IMG/VR virus record: IMGVR_UViG_3300032167_000097
Source: an uncultured virus (IMG/VR IMGVR_UViG_3300032167_000097)
Lineage: Duplodnaviria > Heunggongvirae > Uroviricota > Caudoviricetes
Length of the DNA: 64,000 nucleotides
Reading direction: 5' to 3' (one strand)
Shown in pieces: positions 1 through 12,290 of this stretch. The translations under genes and the position numbers were made by a program. Position 1 is the first letter of the stretch; each line of letters starts with the position of its first letter. Below the pieces are notes generated by a model. The model saw only the letters and a program-made list of their open reading frames with translations, was not told where the DNA came from and did not search any database.

Positions 1-250
1 TTCTTTCTTCGTCATATCTAACAACGCTAAGAATTTCATCGGCAGGAAACTCAATAATATCTCCCTCGTATATCTCAATACCATTCACATCTTTCCTACC
101 TATATATTCCATTAATATAATTTCATCAAATGGTACACTGTAATTACCACCGCCAGAATAACTAACAATTGCTTTCTTGGAATTAAGATGTAGGCTATGT
201 ACTTTTTCAATCTTATTGTTGTACCAACATCTATACTTTAGTTCTCTCAT
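1..250 (-). CDS. YopX family phage protein (runs off window edge)
   Basis: Manual translation MRELKYRCWYNNK...MEYIGRKDVNGIEIYEGDII matches the YopX pattern; AGGAG RBS upstream. Confidence 0.8.
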   Translation of the reverse strand, partial: MRELKYRCWYNNKIEKVHSLHLNSKKAIVSYSGGGNYSVPFDEIILMEYIGRKDVNGIEIYEGDIIEFPADEILSVVRYDEER

Positions 251-3200
251 TTCTACTCCTTTTATACTGATAAAATATTAGTTTGGTCTAGTAAGCCATA
301 TATCTTGGTGTTACATATTCCTTTAATTTTCTTTCTTCTACATCAATTACTTCCAGTCTATTTGCCGGAATATTATTTTCTTTGGAAACCTCTCTACTTG
401 CTCCATAAGAACTCCATGCCCATACATAATATGGTTCGCAGGTTTCTTTATCTCTTACTTCATAAAATATTTTTGATGCCATAATTTATCTCCTAAATCA
501 AAGTAAAGTTTTATTCTATAGGTATCATTCTTGCCATATTATTACCCATGTGTTCTACTGCATGAAAATCTGTGATTGCTTGTAAATAATTGCACTTCTT
601 AGTATCACAAACAACACATTCTCCTTGAAATTTACAAACATAATTTCCAGTATATGTCTTACTTTTAAATAAGCATTCTTTAGGTTCATTTGGCATTTTA
701 TCTACAATAATTTTCAATATTAAATCCTCCTGATAAAAGCAAAATTTGATTAACTGTTTAATTAAATTTGTCGTCATAATCTTCTACCAGATCATAATCC
801 CCACACCACATGTCTTGTCTTGTATTATTTTTATTCTCAAACTCACAGTTACAAGGATAGTCGTCTGCAAAATTATTTCTATTATGCTGACAAGTGTAAC
901 AGCATTCATCAGTTGCTAAATCTCTTCTCATTTTTTATCTCCTATCTACAAATAAAAAACTATACTAAATCTGTATAATGTATTAAATGTATAAACCCTT
1001 TTGAATCTTTATAATATCTATACCCCAATGCATTACTGTTTGGCTTTTCAACTTTACCGTAATATTCTAATTCTTCTTCATCTTTACAATCAGTAGCAAA
1101 ATATATTCTATTTTCGTGTCTTTTATATTTTGCACGTAATGGGAATTCTACATTTGTATAATCCATAATTCTTCCTTTCCTCCGAATAAAAGAGTTGTTT
1201 TATTGCCTATCATTTTTCTCTCTTGTTTCATATTTTTCTTTTCCTTGATAAATTTCAAAGACTTTTCTACAATAATCACATTTGCAGTCTGAAACCCCTT
1301 TAGTTATAAGGTTTCCAATCTCTTCTCCAAAGAGAATATTGATTTCTTCGCCACAATACGGGCAATCAACTAAAATCATAAAATTCCTCCATTTGACAAT
1401 AAAATGAAAATTTGATTTACTTCTTTAATAACTCCCATCCCTGATACCACATAGAATTTGAATTTGCATACTCTTTAATCAAGTTAAGCATTTCATTTTC
1501 TTCCGGGAAAAATGGATCACGCTGCTTTGTTGAACTAATCCACCCAAGTGCATTCATCATGAACTGTCCGAATCTCATATCAGGAAATGAATGCTTATGT
1601 ATTTCTTTTAACTCTGCATAAAATGAATCTAATCTATTTACATCTCTCATATTTACTTACCTACCAATATCCATAACCTTCTCTTCTTACTAACTTTCAG
1701 ATTGTCTATAAAATCTAATTTATTCAACTCAACCATTAACTCCGGTTTGTTTCTTCTTATTTCACTAACAGATGGATAGATACCAATATCAACTAAGATT
1801 CTTGGTAAAAATCTTTCTTCTGTATAATATGTTTTTTCTTTTTCAACCCTATTCCAATCGTCTTCATCAAGCGAAAACATTGTATAAGGTTCTACAATTG
1901 GTTTTCCTATTACTATATTTTCTATGTACATTTTCTCTATCCACCTCCTAACGATTATTTTTTGTTTCTTGGAATGGCATAAACGATCTCTGATAATGAA
2001 GCGCCAATTACATAAATCAAAAAACACATTCCAAAGAAAATTTCCCAATCACTAAATATAAATTTTAAAATTTCTAACATTTCACACTTCTCCAAATCAA
2101 ATCAAATCAAATTGATAATTGATGATGTTTAAATCCAATTTAAATTAACTTCATCATTTAGAACTCTTTCATAATCTGCTTTCTTATTCTTTAACTGTCG
2201 TTCTAAACTACGGATTTCACCTTCGATACGTTCTAATACTTTTTCCTTACTCTTGGTAGCACCTTTCTTAACGAAATATTTGCCACCACAATACATTCCA
2301 CCACTATCAATTGCTACGTGCCAATAGTCGTTCTCATCATATTCCCAAATATTCTTGCCGGAATGCTTGTCTACTTCATTAAAATCAAACAAGAATTCAA
2401 ACTCATCAAAGTTCTCATCTGTTAATTCAATGTACTTGTCGCCAAAATATGTATCTACCATATACCAAGTATCATCGCTTTCTCTGTGACTAACTTTAAA
2501 AGTCCAATTAAAGCAATGATATAAATTGTCCCAAAATAATGAAGGTCTATATCTTTTGTCTGGTTCATGTGTATATAAACCAGTCTTTATTAACTTCTCT
2601 GCATTCTCTTTTGATAGCATCTATTTACCTCCTAAACCAAACCGATATTTTATTTAGTATTTTTTATTATCTTATTAAGCCACTCTTTTAAATCATTAAT
2701 AATGTCGCTATACATCTCAACGATTTCACAGCCATATTTTTCACTATATTCTTCTTCTAATTTTTCAATTTTTTCATAAACATCATTAATGGTTATACAC
2801 GGCATATTAGTTCCTCCATCAAACTGCATTTCTATTTACCATACATGTAGGTCACAATAATGACCTTCTAAATTAAATAGTGGTTGAAATTCACAATTAA
2901 TTTCATCTCTTCTTGATTCCATTGTGAACTCAAAGTTACCATTTAATTTTCCTGTGCCAGTAACACAAATGTTATCTGTCTCTATATCTCCAGTAATTAA
3001 TCTTGCTTTTGCCACTAATTCATAATCGTAATATGGCTTAAATGAATCACAAGAAATATTGACTGCTCTTTTATCTTCCTGCTTTTCATATTTTGGATAA
3101 CAACCATTTGAGCCTGTAGTTATATAAATCGTGTCAGAATCTTTATTGATTCTAAATAAACCAATAAGAACTATATTCTTTTCATCTCTTTCTCTTAAAA

Positions 3201-4262
3201 TAATCTGTCCTTCCAACGGATAATAATAGGAAGGAAGAATATTATTTAATCTTACTTCTTTCATTTTTTTCACCTCACGATAAAACGGCACTTTTATTTA
3301 CTTAAATCTTGACCAAATATCTTCTTATATGATCGTTCTGTTAACCATTCACAATATTTCGCACAATCTTCTTCATTAAGGAATACTGCTCTGTATGAAT
3401 TTGCTTTCTCATAATCAAAATCAGAAGATGCATATACCTCACCTGAAACTTCGTAAACATCACAATTATCCTCATTCTCAACAGTATAATATCTGTTATA
3501 AAAATCAGCATTGCTATCAGAAGAAAAATTCTTTTTTCTTACATAGATTTTTGAAAGTGTTGCTTCTAGAGGATAATACTTGCAATAACATTTGGCACAC
3601 TGACAATCTTCTGTATACTTTTTGCCTTGCGGTGAAGAAAAATGTATTTTTCTATCATCATCACACTTATCACATTTTTCTCTATACATCCTGATATATG
3701 CTGCTTTCCAACCAACAGTAAGATAGTCACCTAATAATTGATGTAGTCTTGCTTTCTTCCATTTTTCTTCTGACTCTTTTGCTTTTCTGATTGTAGTTTC
3801 TGCTTCACGCTTCGCTTCTTTTACTTTGTTTTCATATTCTTGAATAATTTTATTCTTATCTCTCTTAAAGTCTTCGAGTTCGGCTAACTCTTTTTCCAGC
3901 GATGCTATTTTTTCTTTGATTTCATCTTTAACAGAGTTTCTTAAAGCATCTTTAAATTTTTCTACTTGTTGTTCGAACTCACTAGGTTTTCCCCAGTAAT
4001 CATCATAGTCATAATACATATTCTTTTCTTCACCTCATCAAATCAAACTTTCATCTACTAATAATAATCATCATGATCATCTTCTCTATCTAAAATTCTT
4101 TGAATAATTTTCTTCTGTTTATTATTTAATGTGCTGTAGTCCAATTCAAATTCACTACAGCTTCTACGTCTATTCCATCCGTCATCACAATCCCATGAAT
4201 GACGGTATCTGCAATGGTCACATGCACTCATTTTTTATCTCCTAATCAAACTTTAATTTATG

Positions 4263-4540
4263 ATACATGATTGACTTCACTCTCAGCCTCACCCATTGCC
4301 TTTACGCATGGCGATAATTCAGCTTGTCTATCGGAGAGCAAGGGGGTTGGTGTTTCCCGTCCCAGCTTACGTTGGTATTTACTCACGGCGTTCGACCTAC
4401 ATTCACATAAATGTATAAGAACTTTTTGTAGTGTATCGCTACTCACCTATTAAGAGCACATTTCTTTAACGTCCCGTACTATGTACGACCAACGAATCCG
4501 ACCGCCAATCACAGCCGTGGTATGTTATCTCAACCAGACG
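4263..4540 (-). ncRNA. Candidate structured non-coding RNA
   Basis: GC-richer island with several hairpins (CGTAC-ATA-GTACG; TACATT-N6-AATGTA; GTA-GCGA-TAC GNRA loop), no convincing ORF, bounded by motif A sites. Confidence 0.45.
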
Positions 4541-5783
4541 ATCAAACAAAACTTTTATTTATAGTTAATCTCTTCAAATGTATTTGTTTCCGGATTGTAT
4601 CTATAAGGCAATCCATTGGGGGCATAATACGGATAATGCACCCTGTAGCCACCGTATGTATAATCTTCGATGTATACTATTCTTGTTGCCGAATCATAGA
4701 CTAAATTTCTTCCAATATTTTTAAATTGTGCAAACTGATTGGATGATATATTTTCACTATTTGATACATTTACTTGAACTGGCGGCTCAAGCGAACAACC
4801 AACTAAAGATAATGTTAAAATACAACCAATTAAACAAATCATTATTTTTTTATTCATAATGTTTTCTCCTTTAAAGATTCTAATCAAACTCAGTTTTTAT
4901 CTACTACAACTTCATATTTATCATCAATATTAATTCCAATGACTTTACATAATTTATTGAAATCAACATTGATTTGTTTATCTGCAATCATGGTATAAAA
5001 AATTCCATTATTATAATCACACATTGGTTCATAACAATATTTTGCATCTGAAGAAAAACAATCTAGCAATTTATCTCTCTCCACATAATGCTCATAATGA
5101 TGACCATCACAGCTATGACAAATCCATCCATATCCTTTAGGATGTCTCCATCCACATTGTTGTGGAGAATATTTTTCTTTATCACTTCTAAGTACTCTTC
5201 CACAAATTCTACATCTTACATGGTGCGGTTTACTTTGCCAAACCCTTTGAGTCCAATCTTCGTATTTATTCCAAGACCAACAATAGAATTTATCAAACAA
5301 GTTATTGCTAATACTAAACATCATAATTTACTCTCCAATCAAATTTTTATGCTCTAAAGCTAATACAATCTGATGTGGTAGTTATATATGGACTATATGT
5401 GGCAATAGTTGTCTTACCTGAAACATCATTGGAAATCATATGGTAGAGTTTTAAATAATCATCAACTGACATTTTCTTAATTTCTGCATACAGTTCTTTT
5501 ACATTTTCAAAAGTTTTATCATACTTCTCTACCTTTTCTTTCATGTCTACGAGCTTTTTAGCAAAATCATGATTTTCTCTTTTAAGATTTTCAATATGCT
5601 TATCCTTCTGAACACAAAACTCAGCAAGCTTCTGTTCTTTATAATTGTTGAGATATTCATCAATAGGATTAACTTCTTCTACTTCAGTTTCAGTTACTTC
5701 TTCTACATTCTTAAATTCTTCACTCATTATTTATCTCCTTTACTCATCAAATCTGTTTTTTATTGGGTTATATAAACCCATAT

Positions 5784-6164
5784 TTATTTCATACCATTCC
5801 ACTGTTCTACCAACTCATTTTTAGAATCGTAATATCCAGTTTTCAATCCACAGCCGTCTTCTCCTAAAAAGTTGTCACATTCTATACAGAAAGAATCGTT
5901 AATAGGATTAAGTTTTACTTCATGACCACATATAGGACATGGTAACAAATTCACTTCGTCTACTTCAATTTCTTCAATTATTTTAATACATTGTTCTAAC
6001 TGTCCTTGACATTGCTCTAATTGCACCTGTAAATCATCAACATGTACCTGCAAATCATCGGCTCGTTTTCTCAATCCAAATATACAAACAATTAAAAAAA
6101 TAAGCCCAAGAATTAATACTACACATATCATTTTTAAGATTTTATTTTTTAATTTATCTTCCAT
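5784..6164 (-). CDS. Membrane-anchored coiled-coil protein with C-terminal Lar-like Zn ribbon
   Basis: N-terminal hydrophobic helix, coiled coil, LLPCPICG...IECDN...CG...VEQWN motif. Confidence 0.55.
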   Translation of the reverse strand: MEDKLKNKILKMICVVLILGLIFLIVCIFGLRKRADDLQVHVDDLQVQLEQCQGQLEQCIKIIEEIEVDEVNLLPCPICGHEVKLNPINDSFCIECDNFLGEDGCGLKTGYYDSKNELVEQWNGMK

Positions 6165-7574
6165 TTAATTCGCCTCCTATAATACTGACCAATTTGGCTT
6201 TCTATTTACTTCATTAACAACATATAAATTGCTACCGGATAATACATGTAATCTAAAATTACATTGAATAAGAAGTACCATCTGTAGAACTTAAAATCTT
6301 CAACTTTGTCACTAAATGCTGACATATTTGCTTGCTTAATGCCACTATAGAGACAAGTAAATACCTGTAAGGCAGAAAGGATTAACATGTATGTCGTACC
6401 AAGTTTTGTTCCTAACACTATGTAAAAAATGATAAAAAACAGTTCTAAGATCCATGTCATTATAAGTGCCGCAACCTTACCTTCTTCTTGGTATTCACCC
6501 ATATTTACAAGTGACTTTTGATTCTTTTCAATTAATTCTTGAATCTTTTTCATATATAATTTTTTACTTAACATCTTTGGTGTATTCTTAACTCTACAAA
6601 AGAGTAATACAAATAAAATTGTTAATGCTAAAATCTTCATCTCATTCCTCCATCAAACAGATTTTTTATTTAGATAACATCATACTCTTTAGTTCTTGTT
6701 CTCTATCAAAAACCAACTCGCTATAGCCTTTAAATCCTAAATCTTGCTCTAACCATTCGATTCTTGGATTGTCTTCGACCTTATAAATATGTTCAATTTC
6801 TACTGCTTTAAGAGCGTCTTTATAGACAATTCCTCTACCTATTGGAAATAATTCAAGATATACTCGTTTCTTCCAAAAAGTTTTCTCACCTTTGAATCCA
6901 TTTATATATCCAATTCTCTTAGCTAAATCTTCAAATACTGTTTCTTCATTATCATATTTTTCAACATAATTCTCAGGAACTTCGCCATATCTATAACAAC
7001 AACGCCCACTTATTTTTTCTACTTTTACCCATTCACCATTTATGTTGAGTCTTACATTTATTTTTTGTGTATAAACTGCTTTCATTTGACCTCCTAATCA
7101 AATCTCGATTTGGTTTACTTTTCTTCCTTTGGTATTATTTCTGCTTTGCTACAAATAAAAGCAAAAACTAACAAAGAACAAATGCTTTCTACGCACATTA
7201 ATACATAATTGAAAATTGGCACATTGTTAGTTACTAATGCTCTAACCATAGTCGTGATTATTAGTAATGCACTCATAACAAATAACCATTTCAATACCTT
7301 TATTAATGTATTTATTTTTTCCACATTTCTATTATCCATTACACTCTCCTTAATAACACACTTGTTTAATTTTGTTCAGTTTCTGCCATAGGTATAAAAT
7401 CCTCGAATCCAGAACTCTCGTTACAGTTGTATTCAAAATTAGCGTAGCTCTGCCATCTCCGATCTGCTTCTGCTTTCTTCCTATAACATGTACTCTTATA
7501 AGGACAATTATTGCTTGTACAAAGCGTTATGTCTGCCATCTTGCGCCTCCCGTCATCTTCTCCCAAATAAAAAC

Positions 7575-7928
7575 TTACTTTGATTTACTTCTTTTCTTCT
7601 TTTCTTTTATATTAAGCTTATTCAATTCTCTAAGAATATTACTGTTGATAATATTCATGATTACTTCATAGTTTCCATATTCATTACTATAAAAAGGTGT
7701 ATATACAGAACCATTAGTCGTATAAACATCTAATGTTACTTTCCCACTTGGTAATTCAACACTGATAATTCCTTCTATCGTTGTGATTTTATGATTGTGT
7801 TTATATACCGGGAAAGTATATCTCCATAAATCATCATCTGCATTTCTAACCCTTCTGAAACCGTATCTAATTAATTTTGATTCTGAAGGATATAACATTT
7901 TGTATTTTTTATTGATTAATCGTTCCAT
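7575..7928 (-). CDS. Hypothetical phage protein
   Basis: 117-aa ORF overlapping the nrdG 3' end. Confidence 0.6.
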   Translation of the reverse strand: MERLINKKYKMLYPSESKLIRYGFRRVRNADDDLWRYTFPVYKHNHKITTIEGIISVELPSGKVTLDVYTTNGSVYTPFYSNEYGNYEVIMNIINSNILRELNKLNIKEKKKRSKSK

Positions 7929-8434
7929 CTAATAGCACATCCTTTTTCAAGTGATTTTTTAATGTCTATAATTCTCTGGTTTGTACTTCCTGCCCAATGA
8001 TATTTTGCATCTGCAAGAGCTTCTATGTATTGTCCGTCTACAAGGACATCACATAAACTAATAATTCCTAATCTTAATTTATCTTTTGAATAATCAGATT
8101 TAATAATGTCTTCATATTTAAATCCTGTATAAATCCAAATATCTTTTGTCGGAAATTTATTTTTTATCTCAGTAACCAACGAATAAATTTCATGTAAATT
8201 TTCACTATAAAGTGGATCGCCGCCGCTAAAAGTGATTCCCTTAATGTAATCTTTATTTAATTGTTCAAAAATTTCTTCTTTTGCTGCTAAATCAAATTCA
8301 ATACCACTATTACGATCCCATGTCTGAGGATTCTGACAATTATAACAATGATGGTCGCAGCCCGAAACGAAGAGGACTACTCTGAGTCCTTCTCCATTTC
8401 TCATATCATCATGTAAAATATTATGATAATTCAT
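7916..8434 (-). CDS. nrdG: Anaerobic ribonucleotide reductase activating protein (radical SAM)
   Basis: NGEGLRVVLFVSGCDHHCYNCQNP (CxxxCxxC), GITFSGGDPL, WAGSTNQR; probable start MNYHN at 8434. Confidence 0.95.
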   Translation of the reverse strand: MNYHNILHDDMRNGEGLRVVLFVSGCDHHCYNCQNPQTWDRNSGIEFDLAAKEEIFEQLNKDYIKGITFSGGDPLYSENLHEIYSLVTEIKNKFPTKDIWIYTGFKYEDIIKSDYSKDKLRLGIISLCDVLVDGQYIEALADAKYHWAGSTNQRIIDIKKSLEKGCAIRWND

Positions 8435-8435
8435 A

Positions 8436-10583
8436 TTACATTGATTTCCTTTCTGCAATTTCCGCCATTTTTGCATCATTTAGACGAGTATCACCATGAA
8501 CTCTTGAATATGATAAATAGCCATTCATTCTGTCAATTTTCGTAAGATTCCTGCTTCCACATTTCGGGCAGACATCCATCTCCAGTTCCTGATGACCGCA
8601 ATCATCACAGTACGCAAGAGATAGATTTACGCCTTCATAAAATCCCATATCCATTGCTCTACGAACCAAAGTTTTAATTGCTTCTAAGTTATAGTCAATA
8701 GGATATTTAGCATACTGAATTCTTCCTCCAGCCGACAAATCCCAAAAACGATTTTCTAAGTCTTGTTTTTGAATAGGAGTAATGTCTTCTGTTACATGAC
8801 AATGGAAACTGTTTGACACATACTCTTTGTCAGACACACCTTCAATAATACCGTATTTCTTACGGAACTGTTTTACCTGAAGACCGCAAAGGTTTTCTGC
8901 CGGAGTGCCGTAGATCGCATAGAGATTGCCATCTTCCAATTTAAAACGGTTTACTTCTGAATTAATATATTTTAAAACTTCTAATGCAAACTCGCCATCT
9001 TCAACCAAAGACTTTCCATTATATAATTCTTGAAGTTCATTTAATGCAGTTATTCCAAAACTTGCAGTCATAGGCTTTAATAAAGATTTGATTTTCTCAT
9101 GTGGTTTTAAATTTCCACCAAGAAATCCACCTTCACAATATGCCAAAGGATTTGTTGAAGCTCTCAACTCTCCTAAATAAGCATAAGTTCGAATGTGAAG
9201 TTTACGAATTAAATTCAAATAATAATCCAACACCTCATAAAAATCTTTATTTTCTTTTCTTGCTTTTGCAAGAATCATCGGTAAATGCAGAGAAACTGCA
9301 CCGATATTAAAACGTCCCACAAAAATAGGTCTATCGTATTCATCCGCTGGATTCATACCGCCTCTCTCATACCATGGTGAAAGGAATGCACGGCATCCCA
9401 TAGGAGAGATGACTTCTCCATACTTATGATACATTTCTGATAAAGTTGTATTTCCATCAAGGCTTAACCAGTCAGGATACATTGTTTTTGAAGAAGTTAA
9501 AATACCTTCTTCAAACAAATCTTCGCTTTCTGCTCCTTTTCCATGAAGTTCTTTTGTGTATAGAAAAACTAATTTAGGAAATAATACAGGTTTCTTATTG
9601 TTCTCTTTCCCTTGGCCTTTTCTACGAACTTCTAAAAATGTTTTAGATGCTAATTTTGACCATTTATCTGTTCCTAATCCAAAAGTAATTGTAATGAAGG
9701 GATAATCACCTCTACTACTTGCTACAGTGTTAAACTTGTATTCCCATCCTTGATATCCTTGCTTCATTTCATACTCTACATCTTCATTTGCAGAATCTTC
9801 AGCGTCCTTTTGTGATAAACCTTTAGATAAATATTTTTGAACATATTTACTATAAGACTTCTCTGCATAAGGAGCTAAAACTTTATCAATCTCAGGAAGT
9901 GTAAAACCACCATACTGCTGGCTGGCTGCAGAAAGCACGATATCACCGATAACGTCAAACGCAACATCAAGTGACTTCGGCTCATTGTACCAAACATTAC
10001 CCATTTCAAAACCACCAGTAAGAACTTTTTGTACATTAAACAGGCAACAATTCATTGTGTCCCTACGAGCAGACATATCATGTACATAAATATATCCGTC
10101 ACGACAAGCCTGGATCTCTTCTGTTGTCATAAAGAATTTTTGATATAATTCTTTATTTAATTCATTAAAAATCAAACTTCTCTTAGTAGATACTAAGGCA
10201 CTATCAGTATTTGAATTTTCTTTGTCTCCAATATACATAATTGTTTGGCTTTTTTCATAAACAGTATTAAGCATCTTTACAAAGTCTTGTTTGTAATTTC
10301 TATACTGAATATATCTTTCGCCAACAGAAGGGAATAACTCCATTAGTACATTTTCAACAATAGAATGCATGTCTTCTACCGGAATTAATTCTTCTTCATA
10401 ATCTTCAACGAAATAATCTTCTTCATTAATACTTTCAAAAACATGTTTACAGATATTTGCATAATCAGAATCTGTTAAATTTTCTAAAGCTCTCTTTGCA
10501 GCAAGTCCTACTGCATTAATAATTTTTTGTTCATTGTATTTTTCTAATGTTCCATCTTTCTTAATAATTTGCAAACTAGCCAC
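8436..10583 (-). CDS. nrdD: Anaerobic ribonucleoside-triphosphate reductase (class III)
   Basis: N-terminal ATP-cone (IIKKDG), SPMGCR, YGTPAE, C-terminal CxxC..CPKCG and RMNGYL glycyl-radical motif. Confidence 0.97.
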   Translation of the reverse strand: MASLQIIKKDGTLEKYNEQKIINAVGLAAKRALENLTDSDYANICKHVFESINEEDYFVEDYEEELIPVEDMHSIVENVLMELFPSVGERYIQYRNYKQDFVKMLNTVYEKSQTIMYIGDKENSNTDSALVSTKRSLIFNELNKELYQKFFMTTEEIQACRDGYIYVHDMSARRDTMNCCLFNVQKVLTGGFEMGNVWYNEPKSLDVAFDVIGDIVLSAASQQYGGFTLPEIDKVLAPYAEKSYSKYVQKYLSKGLSQKDAEDSANEDVEYEMKQGYQGWEYKFNTVASSRGDYPFITITFGLGTDKWSKLASKTFLEVRRKGQGKENNKKPVLFPKLVFLYTKELHGKGAESEDLFEEGILTSSKTMYPDWLSLDGNTTLSEMYHKYGEVISPMGCRAFLSPWYERGGMNPADEYDRPIFVGRFNIGAVSLHLPMILAKARKENKDFYEVLDYYLNLIRKLHIRTYAYLGELRASTNPLAYCEGGFLGGNLKPHEKIKSLLKPMTASFGITALNELQELYNGKSLVEDGEFALEVLKYINSEVNRFKLEDGNLYAIYGTPAENLCGLQVKQFRKKYGIIEGVSDKEYVSNSFHCHVTEDITPIQKQDLENRFWDLSAGGRIQYAKYPIDYNLEAIKTLVRRAMDMGFYEGVNLSLAYCDDCGHQELEMDVCPKCGSRNLTKIDRMNGYLSYSRVHGDTRLNDAKMAEIAERKSM

Positions 10584-10594
10584 CTCATTCTGTA

Positions 10595-11020
10595 TTAATC
10601 TAAATAATATCTTTTTACATAGTCCAACATCGCATCCATGTTTGTGAAAACCTTAGAGCACATACAGTACTGCCACGGATGAAGCTGCTGTTCACTTTCA
10701 TTTAATCCAATTACAGGAATACCTTTTTCATTTGCAATAGCCAACTCAGCCATTGTCCCTAATGATCTCATGTCATTAAAGTTAAGAATTATTAAATTTG
10801 AAGTCTTAACATTATGTAAGTCAAACTGCATTACTTCTAAATCTGAATCATAAAGAGAACTATCATACATATTGTAGAAATCTACTGGATTAAAGCATTT
10901 TACTTTATAATCACACTCATAGTTTTCAAGATTCTTTTTTACTGCCAGTCTCCAATTGTTCTGTTCTTCATATGATAAATCTGTCATGCCACCGGCCATA
11001 TAGATTTTATAGATGTTCAT
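10595..11020 (-). CDS. Nucleoside 2-deoxyribosyltransferase-like / nucleotide hydrolase
   Basis: KIYMAGGM, DL..VKTS, SLGTMAEL..A..KGIPVI motifs. Confidence 0.8.
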   Translation of the reverse strand: MNIYKIYMAGGMTDLSYEEQNNWRLAVKKNLENYECDYKVKCFNPVDFYNMYDSSLYDSDLEVMQFDLHNVKTSNLIILNFNDMRSLGTMAELAIANEKGIPVIGLNESEQQLHPWQYCMCSKVFTNMDAMLDYVKRYYLD

Positions 11021-11022
11021 AC

Positions 11023-11571
11023 TTATCTTCCTTTCAATTCTGAATAAATATTATGAATAATATTTGCCATTACATCAGGTTTGAGTCCCATATCATTTCT
11101 CAAACAGAAGTCAACATTTGAGATAATATCTGCAAAGTCAATATCATCTGCGTTTAATCTTCTACGAGCTTCAGCTGCGTCATCTCCACGTTGTCTTAAT
11201 CTGTTCCAGATAGTTTCTTCATCAGCCATGATGTAAAACGCAATCGGATTTAACGTTTTCATTTTTCTAATCTGTCTTAATCCTTCTGGATTAACAATAA
11301 ACACTTTATCACTTGTCAAATCCTTAATAGCAGCTCCGTAATACCAAGTCTCTCCGGAGGCTACGTTATAATGTGTTGTTTCTGCGAAAAATCCTTCCTT
11401 TTCTTTCTGAAGAAATTCTTCTTTTGAGATAAAGTTGTAAGCAACTCCATCAACCTCACCTTTTCTTGGGGGTCTTGTGGTATAACTCACAACTGATTTA
11501 TAACCCATTTTAATTAATTCTTTCTGCAATGTGTCCTTACCACTTGCTGACTTCCCACATAACAAAATCAT
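11023..11571 (-). CDS. gmk: Guanylate kinase
   Basis: P-loop GKSASGKD, SYTTRPPRKGEVDGVAYNFIS, WYYG. Confidence 0.92.
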   Translation of the reverse strand: MILLCGKSASGKDTLQKELIKMGYKSVVSYTTRPPRKGEVDGVAYNFISKEEFLQKEKEGFFAETTHYNVASGETWYYGAAIKDLTSDKVFIVNPEGLRQIRKMKTLNPIAFYIMADEETIWNRLRQRGDDAAEARRRLNADDIDFADIISNVDFCLRNDMGLKPDVMANIIHNIYSELKGR

Positions 11572-12287
11572 GATTTATCTACCTCCTCATCAATAAAGAT
11601 AAAATTTTGTGCATAAGGAAGTGTTCTTGCCCACGAAATGAAATTAGGAACATTATGGTCATCTTGTCCTGACCACTCGTTCAATTTATGAAATCTTCTT
11701 TGTCCTTTACTGCACATACCAAGTAAATTTTCATAATTCATAGTAACGGTACGAGTTTGCAACCATGATTCAGGCAGCCAACGAATAAGCTCTTTCCAAT
11801 ACTTCTTATCTTTTGTTTCGAGATATTTCTTACGAAGGTTTTCAAGATACTGAATAGTATCATTAACAAAGTTTTGTAACGAACAGTCTGCCATAGGTTC
11901 ATCATTTATAACATAAAGCCCATCCTTACAATAATCATCAATCTCAAAACAATCTAAAGTAATAGGTTTACTTGCCATCTTGTGCATTGTACTTGTGCTA
12001 TTCGCAACTGTAGCAACTTTATAGGTATCAAATTCCTTCCACCAATAAAGAGGAGCTGTAATATCTACACTTACAAAAATCTGACGAAGGAATTTTCTAT
12101 GCTCACTACCAGCTCTGATTAATGTCTGAGCAAGTTTCATATCATTTTCACCAATTGTCGCCTCAATCTGATGTGTACTAATATCATAATCAAATTGACT
12201 ATCACTCTTATCCCAACTCTCTTTAGGATTTCTCATACCACGTAAGGCGCCTTCAAAATTAAAAACTTGTGTATTTTCAAATTTCAT
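11568..12287 (-). CDS. thyX: FAD-dependent thymidylate synthase (ThyX-like, phage type)
   Basis: GMRNP..SW, EHRKFLRQI, APLYWWKEFDTY, NSTSTMH, LPESWLQ, RRFHKLNEW. Confidence 0.8.
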   Translation of the reverse strand: MKFENTQVFNFEGALRGMRNPKESWDKSDSQFDYDISTHQIEATIGENDMKLAQTLIRAGSEHRKFLRQIFVSVDITAPLYWWKEFDTYKVATVANSTSTMHKMASKPITLDCFEIDDYCKDGLYVINDEPMADCSLQNFVNDTIQYLENLRKKYLETKDKKYWKELIRWLPESWLQTRTVTMNYENLLGMCSKGQRRFHKLNEWSGQDDHNVPNFISWARTLPYAQNFIFIDEEVDKS

Positions 12288-12290
12288 ATA

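Larger units (their letters stand above)
288..7566 (-). other. Array of about 22 short hypothetical phage genes (accessory array 1)
   Basis: Tandem minus-strand ORFs up to 241 aa, most with GGAG RBS and delimited by motif A. Confidence 0.85.

Noticed and set aside
4258..4453. Overlapping 62-aa and 60-aa ORFs as real proteins
   Set aside because: No RBS and atypical composition; better explained as structured RNA
270..7584. CRISPR array or classical integron attC array
   Set aside because: Repeats are 18-bp degenerate dyads separated by whole genes; no constant repeat-spacer period, no cas genes, no RYYYAAC/GTTRRRY attC hairpins
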